From a bacterium (GTDB lineage Bacteria; Patescibacteriota; Minisyncoccia; Phycocordibacterales; UBA918), in contig JAYQPD010000004.1 in the NCBI GenBank assembly GCA_038145135.1, forward strand, positions 1 to 46,717: a DNA stretch of 46,717 nucleotides, read 5' to 3'. Made by a program: the position numbers and the translations under genes. The notes beneath the pieces are model-generated. The model was not told the origin of the DNA and did no database searches. It worked only from the letters and a program-made list of their open reading frames with translations. Positions 34,389-44,391 of this stretch are shown one piece after another (position 1 is the stretch's first letter; every line of letters starts with the position of its first letter).

Positions 34389-35426
34389 ATGAAAGAAAAA
34401 TTCATTGAACAGGCATTTTTCTTTATACTCCTTGCTTTCGGTGCGTATTTGGTATTTCAGATCCTATTACCGTTCATGCCGGCACTGGTGCTTTCAGCGA
34501 TCATCGCTACGGTATGTTATCCACTCTATCTGAAGATCAAAAATCTTCTTCACATGAAGAGCAATGGGTTTCCGGCACTCCTCGCAACACTCACAGTATT
34601 TCTTGTTGTGGTTGGCCCCATCGCGTTTGTGGCCTATCTGATCTTTCTTGAAGCAGCATCCTTCTATTCAGCCCTTACTACTGGACGTTCTATATCGATC
34701 GCGCCGACACTTACCATGGCTCAGGATATGGTCGATCGTTTCTTGCCAAACGCTCATATCGACCTCACGCTCTATGCGGAGCAGGGAGCTGGCTGGGTAG
34801 TAAACTCGATGGGAACGGTCTTTACCTCTACTGCGACCTTAGTACTCACACTTTTCATTGCATTCATCGGACTCTACTATCTCTTCAAGGATGGTGACCG
34901 ACTCATGAAGCTCATCATTCGACTCTCGCCACTTCCTGAAAAGGCAGATGCAAAGATAATCGACAGACTTGCGCGCTCTATTCGCTCAGTTCTTGTGGGT
35001 AGTCTCGCGGTGGGACTCATTCAGGGAACCCTTACAGCTATTGGTTTTACGATCTTTGGTGTCCCACAAGCGGTGCTGTGGGGCATGGTTGCATCCCTCG
35101 CGGCACTCATCCCTGCGGTCGGTACCTCACTCGTACTCATACCAACTGTCATCTTCTTGGTCATTGGACAGTCATATACTTCAGCGATCGGTGTTGCGAT
35201 CTGGGGAACGATCATTGTTGGTCTGGTAGATAACTTCCTCGGCCCCTACATAATGAGTCGCGGAGCAACCATGCATCCATTCCTTGTCCTTGTGTCAGTA
35301 CTTGGAGGCCTCTCACTCTTTGGACCTGTTGGCTTTATTCTCGGACCGGTTGTGATGAGTTTTATGATCGCATTACTTGAGATCTATGAGACCTACCTCT
35401 CATCCAGTTCGAAGGCCACTAAATAA
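34389..35426 (+). CDS. AI-2E family transporter (PerM/UPF0118-type permease)
   Basis: 345 aa, about 8 TM helices. Typical motifs: YLFKDGDRL, ..SIRSVLVGSLAVGLIQG.., ..LIPAVGTSLVLIP.., ..DNFLGPYIMSRGATMHPFLVLVSVLGG. Confidence 0.8.
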   Translation: MKEKFIEQAFFFILLAFGAYLVFQILLPFMPALVLSAIIATVCYPLYLKIKNLLHMKSNGFPALLATLTVFLVVVGPIAFVAYLIFLEAASFYSALTTGRSISIAPTLTMAQDMVDRFLPNAHIDLTLYAEQGAGWVVNSMGTVFTSTATLVLTLFIAFIGLYYLFKDGDRLMKLIIRLSPLPEKADAKIIDRLARSIRSVLVGSLAVGLIQGTLTAIGFTIFGVPQAVLWGMVASLAALIPAVGTSLVLIPTVIFLVIGQSYTSAIGVAIWGTIIVGLVDNFLGPYIMSRGATMHPFLVLVSVLGGLSLFGPVGFILGPVVMSFMIALLEIYETYLSSSSKATK

Positions 35427-35431
35427 TTCTT

Positions 35432-35881
35432 ATGCCATCACCAGATAAAGCGTTTATAAACAACTTCCTCAAGATAAACGGTGTCAGTGCTGATGCGACC
35501 GATACTGAGATAGCATCAGTTCTTAAGGGAGCAAAATGGTCTGATGAAGAGGTAAAGACTGCTATTTTGATACTTCGAGGCATTGTTGATGATACCGGTA
35601 TCGTTGCGGTCACTAAGCACGATACGACGCTCTTTAGTCCAGAACTCAATCTTTCTTCCAAACAACTCTCACGCCTTCTTGGTGTTGATGTGGTGGTCGA
35701 CCCTTCGGTGATCAAAGACCGGAAAACAGGGCAGTATGTAAAGAAAAAACGCGCTCGAGACGAGGTTGCCCTCTGGACGATAATCCTTCTCCTCGCAACC
35801 ATTCTCGCACTCGTTGTCGCATGGCTCCTCCTCTTTACCATGAAGATCGGGCCATATCGCGAGACCGTGCAGTGGTTCTAG
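35432..35881 (+). CDS. Hypothetical tail-anchored protein
   Basis: 149-aa ORF with a single C-terminal TM helix (LWTIILLLATILALVVAWLLLF). TAAATA lies 6 nt upstream of the ATG. No family recognised. Confidence 0.55.
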   Translation: MPSPDKAFINNFLKINGVSADATDTEIASVLKGAKWSDEEVKTAILILRGIVDDTGIVAVTKHDTTLFSPELNLSSKQLSRLLGVDVVVDPSVIKDRKTGQYVKKKRARDEVALWTIILLLATILALVVAWLLLFTMKIGPYRETVQWF

Positions 35882-35897
35882 ACAATTTAGTTTTCCG

Positions 35898-35926
35898 TTG
35901 CAAAATATTGTAAAACCACGTAGTAT
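35898..35926 (+). promoter_or_regulatory. Sigma70-type promoter for the capA-like operon
   Basis: TTGCAA (35898-35903), a 17-nt spacer, then TAGTAT (35921-35926). The ATG lies 9 nt downstream, so the leader is at most a few nt long. Confidence 0.6.
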
Positions 35927-35935
35927 GCGCTATCT

Positions 35936-36952
35936 ATGCATGTCGGGAAGCGCCTACTATTTATATGTATACTTTTTGCCCTCGGTTCAACTGTAGCGGT
36001 GTATACATTTGCGTACCATACCTCCTTCGCGTTCATTAGCGACTTCTCACGCTCAGAGTCAGAATCAGTGCTGTTCGTCGGTGATGTGATGCTTGGTCGC
36101 GCAGTAGAAGATAAGATCAATGCAATTGGTCCAAAATTGTTTGATGGTGTTCGCTCGCTTCAAAAAAGCGCTACGCATGTGGTGTGCAATTTTGAGTCTG
36201 CAATGGCAATCCCACATGTTCGCACTCCCGACTTCGGCTTTCAATTCTCAGTGTCTGAAGATGCTGTTGCGTTACTCTCTGATGCGGGCGTGACCCATGC
36301 GAATCTCGCTAACAACCACGCACTCGACTACAATGAGGACGGCTATACAAACGCCTACCGAATACTCCGTGAACACAACATCACTTCATTTGGCGCTCCC
36401 AAGGATACGACTGCGTCATCGACCACCATCTTTACAGTAAACGGGGTAGCGATCGGATTGATCGGCATTCACGCGGTCTGGGGTGACCCAGATCGTGCGG
36501 TGCTGGCGAAGTCATTGAGTGAATTAAGTCGCGTTACTGATCGGCAGATCGTCGTGGTGCACTGGGGGATCGAGTATGAACCTACACACTCTAAGGCGCA
36601 AGAAGAGCTTGCAGAGTTCCTTGTATCAAATGGAGCTGATGTGATCATCGGACATCATCCTCATGTCATACAGGATATCGCACTCGTTCGGGGGGTACCG
36701 GTCTTCTACTCACTCGGTAATTACGTCTTTGATCAGTACTGGGGAAGCGATGTAACTACTGGATTGGCTGTACGGATGACAATGGTGACTGACTCACTTC
36801 GCTTCGAATTGGTACCAATCAGCATTACTCGAGCCGTACCACACGTACTTGAAGGTGACGAGCGGACAACCGTACTCACTTCACTCGCTAAACGTTCAGA
36901 TATACAACTTTCCGGAGATATAGCGCGTGGTGTTATTGCGGTAAAATACTAG
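35936..36952 (+). CDS. CapA-family (poly-gamma-glutamate capsule synthesis, metallophosphatase-fold) protein
   Basis: N-terminal TM helix, then VGDVMLGR, CNFESA, LANNHALDYNEDG, VVHWGIEYEPTHS, GHHPHVIQ and YSLGNYVFDQ, the characteristic CapA/PGA_cap motif series. Confidence 0.85.
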   Translation: MHVGKRLLFICILFALGSTVAVYTFAYHTSFAFISDFSRSESESVLFVGDVMLGRAVEDKINAIGPKLFDGVRSLQKSATHVVCNFESAMAIPHVRTPDFGFQFSVSEDAVALLSDAGVTHANLANNHALDYNEDGYTNAYRILREHNITSFGAPKDTTASSTTIFTVNGVAIGLIGIHAVWGDPDRAVLAKSLSELSRVTDRQIVVVHWGIEYEPTHSKAQEELAEFLVSNGADVIIGHHPHVIQDIALVRGVPVFYSLGNYVFDQYWGSDVTTGLAVRMTMVTDSLRFELVPISITRAVPHVLEGDERTTVLTSLAKRSDIQLSGDIARGVIAVKY

Positions 36953-37024
36953 CCAGCCGTAGCACGCGACGGTCCATCTCTCTACTTGCAAGTTGCCATA
37001 AATGGCCTATCATGGCCAGTACCT

Positions 37025-37564
37025 ATGAAACAGTTATCTCAAAACGAAGCAATCAGCATTTTTGCGGCTCTGTTGGTGCTCGGATTCCTCTTTTTCGGCT
37101 CCTATACCAATCTTTTCTTTACTCGTACCGATACGACTGCAGCGCCACAAGATGATTCTGTGGTCACTGTCGTCGATTCAAAGTCTCAGTCTGCAAACGC
37201 TGCTGAGGCACTTAAATCTGCCACAGACAGCTCCGGTAAGCTCGTAAAGTTGGTTGTTGAGGATATTACAGAAGGCACCGGTGCGCCAGTAAAGAATGGC
37301 GACACCATAACCGTGCACTACACCGGTACGCTCCAGAACGGTACCCGCTTTGACGACTCAACACTCCGCGGTGAACCCTTCACCTTTACTGTAGGTGAGG
37401 GTAAGGTGATCACCGGATGGGACAAAGGTGTAGTTGGCATGAAGGTGGGCGGGGAGCGAGTACTCGCTATCCCTCCCTCTATGGGATATGGCGATCGTGC
37501 ACTCGGACCTATTCCGCCAAATTCAGTCCTGCTGTTCTCGATCAAATTGCTTGAGATACAATAA
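37025..37564 (+). CDS. Membrane-anchored FKBP-type peptidyl-prolyl cis-trans isomerase
   Basis: TM helix ISIFAALLVLGFLFFGSY, then GDTITVHYTGTLQNGTRFDDS..FTFTVGEGKVITGWDKGVVGMKVGGERVLAIPPSMGYG. Start set at ATG 37025; the track start TTG 36986 is also possible. Confidence 0.88.
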   Translation: MKQLSQNEAISIFAALLVLGFLFFGSYTNLFFTRTDTTAAPQDDSVVTVVDSKSQSANAAEALKSATDSSGKLVKLVVEDITEGTGAPVKNGDTITVHYTGTLQNGTRFDDSTLRGEPFTFTVGEGKVITGWDKGVVGMKVGGERVLAIPPSMGYGDRALGPIPPNSVLLFSIKLLEIQ

Positions 37565-38820
37565 TGGCATCAGCGATATCCTTCAAAGAAGTGACAAGGC
37601 TCCCTGGCACGCTCGGTCGTGCTGGGGAGCTTTCGACACCTCATGGTGTGGTCAGCACGCCAGCCTTTGTGACTGTAGGCACCAAAGCAACAGTAAAGTC
37701 ACTCACACCTGACGACCTAAACTCGTATGTAGGTAATCAGATCGCTCTCGCAAATACGTACCATCTTTTTTTGCAGCCAGGTCACGAGGTGATCAAGGAA
37801 GCGGGTGGACTCCACTCGTTCATGAATTACGATAAGCCACTCATGACCGATTCGGGAGGATTCCAGGTCTTTTCACTCGGTGCGGCGTTCGGGAAAGGGG
37901 TGACCAAGTTCGCCAAGGGGGAGGATGGGGATGTAGAAAAGGAAGAAACAATTGAGAGGGAAGCACGTCCTACTGTGTATTCTAAAGAAATTGCTGCAGC
38001 GCACGGCAAGTTGTGCGTAGTGGATGAAGAGGGTGTTACCTTTACCTCCCATATCGACGGGTCTATGCACCGCTTCACTGCTGAGCGTTCTATAGAGATC
38101 CAGCAAGCACTTGGCGCCGACATAATCGTTGCGTTTGATGAGTGCACTTCACCTACAGCTGATTACGCGTATCAGAAAGAGGCACTCGAACGAACACATC
38201 GCTGGGCGAAACGCTCTGTCATGGCACATCGCCGAGATTACGAAGCGGTCAAAAAACAAGGTATCTATGGCGTAGTTCAAGGGGGAAGACACCTTGACCT
38301 ACGGAAGGAGAGTGCAACAGAAATGGCACGGCTCGATTTCGATGGGTTCGGTATCGGGGGTTCGTTCTCGAAAGAAGATCTTGGGGAGTCACTCCGCGTG
38401 GTGAATGAGGTACTACCAGCAGATAAACCACGACACCTCCTCGGCATAGGAGAACCAGAGGATATCTTTATGGGTGTCGAGAATGGGTGCGACACTTTCG
38501 ATTGTGTTGCACCGACACGTATTGGGCGAACTGGAACGATATATACCACTGGTGAAGGTAAACTTGATCTACGAAAAGCTACGTTTACCCGTGATCTCGG
38601 GAAGCCTGATAGCGCGTGTACGTGCTATACCTGTACACACTTCACACGTGCATACATAAACCATCTCCTTAAAGCAGGAGAGATGCTCGGCCCTCACCTG
38701 TGTTCGATCCATAATCTACACTTCATCGTAGTGCTTACCGACGGCATCAGGCAGTCTATACTCGACCAGACCTACGAACAATTCAAAGTACAATTCCTCT
38801 CCCGCTACCTTTCTCTGTAG
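37564..38820 (+). CDS. tgt: tRNA-guanine transglycosylase (queuine tRNA-ribosyltransferase)
   Basis: TPAFVTVGT, LMTDSGGFQVFS, VAFDEC, GVVQGG and LLGIGEPEDI motifs. Zn site CTCYTCTHFTRAYINHL. TAATG overlap with the FKBP gene. There is an insertion of about 40 aa (..KFAKGEDGDVEKEETIEREARP..). Confidence 0.9.
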   Translation: MASAISFKEVTRLPGTLGRAGELSTPHGVVSTPAFVTVGTKATVKSLTPDDLNSYVGNQIALANTYHLFLQPGHEVIKEAGGLHSFMNYDKPLMTDSGGFQVFSLGAAFGKGVTKFAKGEDGDVEKEETIEREARPTVYSKEIAAAHGKLCVVDEEGVTFTSHIDGSMHRFTAERSIEIQQALGADIIVAFDECTSPTADYAYQKEALERTHRWAKRSVMAHRRDYEAVKKQGIYGVVQGGRHLDLRKESATEMARLDFDGFGIGGSFSKEDLGESLRVVNEVLPADKPRHLLGIGEPEDIFMGVENGCDTFDCVAPTRIGRTGTIYTTGEGKLDLRKATFTRDLGKPDSACTCYTCTHFTRAYINHLLKAGEMLGPHLCSIHNLHFIVVLTDGIRQSILDQTYEQFKVQFLSRYLSL

Positions 38821-38842
38821 GACACACGTGTATCACACCTCT

Positions 38843-38882
38843 TGTGTATTTATTTTATGCGGCCGCATAAAATAAATACACA
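38843..38882. terminator. Perfect 40-nt palindrome (20-bp arms) centred on GCGGCCGC after tgt
   Basis: tgtgtatttattttatgcgg|ccgcataaaataaatacaca, every position checked as complementary. It lies 23 nt after the tgt stop codon. There is no classical T-run. Confidence 0.55.
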
Positions 38883-39000
38883 CAGAACAGCGTGTATAAG
38901 AACTTTCTTCGAAACATCGTTGGTGGAGTCATGAACATCCTCTGGTGTGTTCTCCACAATCTCGCGGTGCCGCTCAAGATCTACTGCGTATAATGTGACT

Positions 39001-40467
39001 ATGACCACACTCAATTCTGCCGCCCATAGGGTTTTGGCAGTTCTAGTGCTCGCAGTACTTTTATCAATGTCCTTGGTAACACTTTCTCATGCACAAGAAA
39101 GTGAAGTAACGAGTCATACACAAACTACCACTGAGGATAGAGCTCCGGACGGAACTCCTCCACCTGGACCTTCACTTGCTTCACGTTCTATCCCTAGCGA
39201 GCTCCAATCATGTTTTGATTTCTATAGATTCGGTAGTACACCGGTTACGTTAAGTGGACGACTCCACGAGGTCATGCAAGGGGCGACCATGGGCTTGGTT
39301 GGCTCAGTTGAGAATCAGAACGACTATGAACTTCGTGATGTCGACGTCATACTCAAGCTCTTCAGGAAAAGTGAAGTATTGGGTAAGAACCCCAACGGCC
39401 CCGACGTTGTTGACGAATTGGTGCCGATCCGTGGGGCAACCCTTAAACCACACGAAGTACTTCCGATAAGTGTCACCTATACCGTACCCCAGACATTTGA
39501 ACCTGGTGAGTATCAGATCGCTTCGTTTGTTACTTCCGAAAAGAGGTTCAACTCGTTAGGACTTTCATTTACTGACGATATCATCGGCTCCGTCTATGAT
39601 TTTGAGGTCGTTGGTGAAGATATTGGTGCGGTTCGTTTTGTAAAAAATGCCGTTACAGTGGGAGGAAAACCCCATTTTTTCGCTGCATATCCACCTTCTG
39701 TCGAACTAAATGAACATGGTGTAGATGTCACTGCAGCCATACTGAATACCACGGTACGGAAGGCAACGTCTGTACTTACCTGGACATTATACACTTGGGA
39801 TGGACTTCGTGAGGACAATGTTATTGAACAAAAAACTGAACAAATTATTGTTGCTCCTGGCCAGCAAATACAGGTCAATTTCCATGCCGCTGACGCCACT
39901 CAGTCGATGTATTATTTGAAAGGTGAGCTTAAAAATGCTAACGGCACAGTATCTCTTATCGGTGTTCGCTTTGCAAATGCTAACGTGAACACTCCGCGGT
40001 TGAACTCTGTTGGGGTAACTGAAACAGATACTACTTACGGTACGGCATTTGTATGTGCTCACAACATTGGCTCTGGGAATGCTAAAGATGTCGATCTTGA
40101 GTTGTCAGTCACCGCTCAACGATTTCTTGACTCGTTCGTTGGTCCACTTTCGATCACAAAGCAGTATCATGGAGACCTATCGGGTGATATCGCTGCACTT
40201 TCGTTAGCAGTGACAGATTCATTTAAGCATCGCCCATTCACACTCACAGCAACCCTTAAGCAATCTGGAGTGATAGTAGATCAGATCACTTACGATTATC
40301 CGTGCACGAGTAATGATCAGTGTGACACCGAATTTTTGACCTTTATAAATACCTACGCACTGCATGTCGCCACTGTTGCAGTTGGTGTGTTGTTGTTTGT
40401 CATCTTCATTATCCTACGTAAACGTCGCCGTACGTTTGAACCTCAAAACTATTCAGAAAATATATGA
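39001..40467 (+). CDS. Hypothetical secreted protein with a C-terminal TM anchor
   Basis: Signal peptide VLAVLVLAVLLSMSLVTLSHA. Beta-rich body. C-terminal TM helix HVATVAVGVLLFVIFIIL followed by RKRRR. TATAAT (38989-38994) lies exactly 6 nt before ATG 39001; the track's upstream extension (38947) has no support. Confidence 0.65.
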   Translation: MTTLNSAAHRVLAVLVLAVLLSMSLVTLSHAQESEVTSHTQTTTEDRAPDGTPPPGPSLASRSIPSELQSCFDFYRFGSTPVTLSGRLHEVMQGATMGLVGSVENQNDYELRDVDVILKLFRKSEVLGKNPNGPDVVDELVPIRGATLKPHEVLPISVTYTVPQTFEPGEYQIASFVTSEKRFNSLGLSFTDDIIGSVYDFEVVGEDIGAVRFVKNAVTVGGKPHFFAAYPPSVELNEHGVDVTAAILNTTVRKATSVLTWTLYTWDGLREDNVIEQKTEQIIVAPGQQIQVNFHAADATQSMYYLKGELKNANGTVSLIGVRFANANVNTPRLNSVGVTETDTTYGTAFVCAHNIGSGNAKDVDLELSVTAQRFLDSFVGPLSITKQYHGDLSGDIAALSLAVTDSFKHRPFTLTATLKQSGVIVDQITYDYPCTSNDQCDTEFLTFINTYALHVATVAVGVLLFVIFIILRKRRRTFEPQNYSENI

Positions 40468-42224
40468 TCTACGAAAAATATACTACCGTGGTACTTTCAC
40501 TCTTCTGTGCGTTATTTCTCTTCTCCCCGCTCTCTGCGTCGGCGCTCAGTAAGACATGGACGGAGAATCTCGGTACGGATTGGGCGTACCACATGTTTAC
40601 CTACGGTTGGATGAGGGGGCTTCTTAAACCAACGGTAAATATAACGTATGATGTCCAAGTAATTAACGCGGATGTGGGCACAGTAGTACCTCCCAATGCA
40701 TCTATACCAGTAGGTACCAATCTTACGCTTAAGTTCACACCGCATACCTCAGAGCATATTTACTGGTTTGGAACGGGGGCAGGGCACGATTCACCTTACG
40801 GTGATTGGGTTGTGGGTGCAACACCTCCACCAGAAACTCAAGCATGTGAAGATAAAGATTATGTCGGGGATGTTCCGTCAGATGATCCAGAGTACGATGC
40901 GGTTGAGCCATACAAGGTCTATATTCCGTTCAATGTAAATCCACCAGTGAAGACCATTACAGACCTTGATGGCTTAAGTTGTGGCGAACTCTCCACAGCG
41001 GGTGAGCTCAACTGTACCGTTACCTCACCAGGAAATTTCACGCCCGTCTTCAATTTTAGTGACACATACGGCACGTTCTATTATCAGTACTTGGGATGGA
41101 GTGGTAGTACCAAAGAAACAAAAATGGGCTATTATTGCCACATTCAGGATGCTGATGAAGGTATGCGGGTCGATATAAGCATTGGTGATAAGTATGGTTC
41201 GTGGAGTTGGGGCTACCGGGATTCAGTGGGTACAAACAGAGTCAAGGTTCCAACGGTGAAGATACCGTATCCACTCACTGCAACAGAGACATCGTCAGAT
41301 AAGCCTATGACCCCTACAGTGAAGACAGATGCAGCATGTCTCGATTATTCGTTCACACTTACCTCAATCAGTCCAAGAGGAGAAGACTTGCGCTATGGAA
41401 TTGACTGGAACAACAACGGCACTGTGGATGAGTGGGTGCCAGCGTTAGGTTATGTGCCAAGCGGTACCTCGCAAGTGGTCACGCGCACATGGAACACCCC
41501 GGGACAAAAAACATTTAAGGTCATTTCAGAGGACGCCCAAGGTCTTGCCTCCGGAGCAGCCACCGTTTCTGTCACGGTACCGGAAGATGATCCGTGTGAA
41601 CCATTAGGTGTTCAGTTAAATGCGGCTCCTTCAACGATCAACAAAGATGATACGACAACGCTTGAATGGTCAACCACCGGAGATCCAGATTCATGTACTG
41701 CGTCTGCTTCACCAGCTCATGATGTGTGGAATGGGTCTGTGTCAGCGTCAGGCGGCTTAAAAGGTGTTAAACTTTCAAAGACAACATGGTTTACAGTGAC
41801 CTGTGAAAAGGGCGGAAAGACCGTGACAGATAACGCCCAAGTGACTGTAGAGTGCACTTCTGACCTTGTCTGTATCGGTGGCAATACACTTCATGACAAC
41901 AATGATTGTGTAGCAGATATCGCCTGCAGTTGTTCTCTCACAGGTGTTTCTTGTGACGGCTCAGGTGGAGCATCGATCTCTGTGTACCCACCGCGCGTCA
42001 AACGGGGCAACACCACGCAAATTCATTGGATCACAGAGAGGGCAGGTATTTGTTCGATCGCCTCAGTTCCCGCTGATGGGAAGACCTACACTGTGTCGGG
42101 CGATCAAGATAAGACTGTCGAATCTGGTCCTATCAACTACGAAACAACCTACACGCTCGCTTGTACAAGTGCAGACGAAGCTAAAGCAACGGTCAAGGTA
42201 CTCCCGAGTTTTGACGAGATCTAA
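40464..42224 (+). CDS. Hypothetical secreted protein with a PKD-like module and two Cys-containing Ig-like modules
   Basis: Signal peptide VVLSLFCALFLFSPLSASA. PKD-like RYGIDWNNNGTVDEW...FKVISEDAQGLAS..VSVTV. Two modules of pattern L.A.P..I......L.W.T....SC.A / ..Y.L.C (..TTLEWSTTGDPDSCTAS..WFTVTCEKGG..; ..TQIHWITERAGICSIAS..TYTLACTS..). ATGA overlap with the previous CDS. Confidence 0.65.
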   Translation: MIYEKYTTVVLSLFCALFLFSPLSASALSKTWTENLGTDWAYHMFTYGWMRGLLKPTVNITYDVQVINADVGTVVPPNASIPVGTNLTLKFTPHTSEHIYWFGTGAGHDSPYGDWVVGATPPPETQACEDKDYVGDVPSDDPEYDAVEPYKVYIPFNVNPPVKTITDLDGLSCGELSTAGELNCTVTSPGNFTPVFNFSDTYGTFYYQYLGWSGSTKETKMGYYCHIQDADEGMRVDISIGDKYGSWSWGYRDSVGTNRVKVPTVKIPYPLTATETSSDKPMTPTVKTDAACLDYSFTLTSISPRGEDLRYGIDWNNNGTVDEWVPALGYVPSGTSQVVTRTWNTPGQKTFKVISEDAQGLASGAATVSVTVPEDDPCEPLGVQLNAAPSTINKDDTTTLEWSTTGDPDSCTASASPAHDVWNGSVSASGGLKGVKLSKTTWFTVTCEKGGKTVTDNAQVTVECTSDLVCIGGNTLHDNNDCVADIACSCSLTGVSCDGSGGASISVYPPRVKRGNTTQIHWITERAGICSIASVPADGKTYTVSGDQDKTVESGPINYETTYTLACTSADEAKATVKVLPSFDEI

Positions 42225-42249
42225 GTAGGTCACAAAGGTCAGAAACCCA

Positions 42250-42276
42250 AAAACACCGTCTTACTGGCGGTGTTTT
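42250..42276 (+). terminator. Rho-independent terminator
   Basis: aaaacaccg / cggtgtttt 9-bp stem with loop tcttactgg. The T-run is part of the 3' arm. It lies 25 nt after the stop codon. Confidence 0.7.
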
Positions 42277-42292
42277 GGTATACTGATGTGTC

Positions 42293-44329
42293 ATGACCTT
42301 TACCCTCAGATCAGAACACAAACCAGCCGGCGACCAGCCAGGAGCTATTTCCGCGCTCGTGTTGGGATTCAACTCTGGTAAGAAGCACCAGACACTCCTT
42401 GGTGTCACCGGCTCGGGAAAGACCTTTACCGCAGCAAACGTGATACAGGCTCTTGGTAAACCAACACTCGTCATAGCACACAATAAGACGTTAGCGGCAC
42501 AGTTGGCCCAAGAATACCGCGACTTTTTTCCTGATCATGCAGTGCACTACTTTGTCTCGTACTACGACTACTATCAGCCTGAGGCGTACATGCCAACCTC
42601 TGATACCTACATCGAGAAAGAAGCACAGATCAATGAGGAGATCGATCGACTGCGCCATGCGTCGACACAAGCACTGCTAACGAGGAGAGACGTGATCATT
42701 GTTGCATCTGTTTCGTGTATCTACGGTCTTGGTTCGCCAGAAGAATATGAAAAGGTGCATATGCGCATCGAGAAGGGGACAGTGACCAATCGTGCAGACC
42801 TTGTACGAAAGCTCGTTAATCTCTATTTTGAGCGAACCAATGCCGATCTCACACCTGGCACGTTCCGTGCAGTCGGGAACACGGTCGAGATCATGCCGAT
42901 CAACGAACGCGTCATTTATCGCATTGGTTTTTCCGCTCTGGCGGTGTCGAGCATCACCAAGATAGATGCAGTGACGCGAGGGATCATGGGAGAGCCCGAT
43001 GTATTCTTTCTCTTTCCAGCAAAACACTTCGTCACACCTGAGGATGAGCGAAAGCGTGCTATTGCCGATATACAGCACGAGCTCAAGGCGCAGCTGTCTG
43101 TATTTGAAAAGGGTGAAAAGCTCCTTGAGTATCAGCGGCTTAAGCGTCGTACCGAACACGACCTCGCACTTATCAAAGAGGTCGGGTATTGCAATGGTAT
43201 TGAGAACTACTCGCGTCACTTTGATGGCAGAAGTGAAGGTGAGCCGCCTCACACACTCCTTTCATACTTTCCTCATACACCCGAAGGTGCACCCGACTTC
43301 CTTACGGTCATTGACGAATCTCATGTGACCATCCCTCAGCTTGGCGGTATGTATGCCGGTGATCGTTCTCGAAAGGATACCTTGGTTGAACACGGGTTTC
43401 GTCTGCCGTCAGCAAAAGATAATCGTCCGCTCACCTTTGACGAGTTTGAAGCGAGCGTGGGTCAGGTACTCTATACCTCTGCGACACCAGGGAAGTACGA
43501 ACTTGAGCACTCGAAAGAACCACACGGTCAGATCGTTGAGCAGATCATTAGACCAACAGGCCTTGTTGATCCCGAGATCAGCGTGCGACCGATCAGTCAA
43601 TCAGAAGGTGGAGCGTTTCCTGGGCAGGTGAAGGATTTCATTGAAGACGCAGTTGCGACCATTGACCGAGGTGCGCGTGTACTTACCACAACACTCACGA
43701 AGCAAATGGCAGAGGACCTTGCTGATTTCTTGAAAGATCGTGGTATTAAGGCAGAGTATCTCCACAGCGATGTCACCACAATAGAGCGTATTGAGATCCT
43801 GACCAACTTCAGAAAAGGTGTGTTTGACTGTTTGGTGGGAGTCAATTTGCTGCGAGAGGGACTTGATCTGCCAGAGGTTGAGCTTGTCTCAATTCTCGAC
43901 GCTGACAAAGAAGGATTCCTCCGCTCTGAGACCTCACTCATACAGACGATCGGTCGTGCTGCGAGAAACGTTAATGGAAGGGTGGTGCTCTATGCAGACA
44001 CGATGACGGGAGCACTCGAAAAAGCCATCTCCGAAACTGAACGGCGTAGAGAGATCCAGGTAGCGTACAACACAGCTCACCACATCACGCCGCAGACCGT
44101 GAAGAAAAACATCAAAGACATCACTGCGGAACTACGTACTGAACATCAAAAGACAGTTGATGAGTTAGTGCGTATCGACGAAGACGAGTTCCGCCGCGCT
44201 CCAAAGAAAGTACTTCGTGATAAGCGCGCCCATATGGCCAAAGCTGTGAAAGATCTCGATTTTGAGACAGCGGCACTCCTCCGAGATGAGATATTCCGAC
44301 TTGAAAAGAAATTGGATGAAATGAAGTAG
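42293..44329 (+). CDS. uvrB: Excinuclease ABC subunit B
   Basis: KPAGDQPGAI, Walker A GVTGSGKTFT, FVSYYDYYQPEAY, DESHVTIPQ, helicase motifs ..TTLTKQMAEDL.. / ..LLREGLDLPEV.. / ..QTIGRAARN.., and a C-terminal UVR domain (..DFETAALLRDEI..). Confidence 0.95.
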   Translation: MTFTLRSEHKPAGDQPGAISALVLGFNSGKKHQTLLGVTGSGKTFTAANVIQALGKPTLVIAHNKTLAAQLAQEYRDFFPDHAVHYFVSYYDYYQPEAYMPTSDTYIEKEAQINEEIDRLRHASTQALLTRRDVIIVASVSCIYGLGSPEEYEKVHMRIEKGTVTNRADLVRKLVNLYFERTNADLTPGTFRAVGNTVEIMPINERVIYRIGFSALAVSSITKIDAVTRGIMGEPDVFFLFPAKHFVTPEDERKRAIADIQHELKAQLSVFEKGEKLLEYQRLKRRTEHDLALIKEVGYCNGIENYSRHFDGRSEGEPPHTLLSYFPHTPEGAPDFLTVIDESHVTIPQLGGMYAGDRSRKDTLVEHGFRLPSAKDNRPLTFDEFEASVGQVLYTSATPGKYELEHSKEPHGQIVEQIIRPTGLVDPEISVRPISQSEGGAFPGQVKDFIEDAVATIDRGARVLTTTLTKQMAEDLADFLKDRGIKAEYLHSDVTTIERIEILTNFRKGVFDCLVGVNLLREGLDLPEVELVSILDADKEGFLRSETSLIQTIGRAARNVNGRVVLYADTMTGALEKAISETERRREIQVAYNTAHHITPQTVKKNIKDITAELRTEHQKTVDELVRIDEDEFRRAPKKVLRDKRAHMAKAVKDLDFETAALLRDEIFRLEKKLDEMK

Positions 44330-44391
44330 CTTCCCTATGGTGTGTACATGTCTCGACTGTGCGTGTCACGGGGCTGTTATACTTTCAGTAT

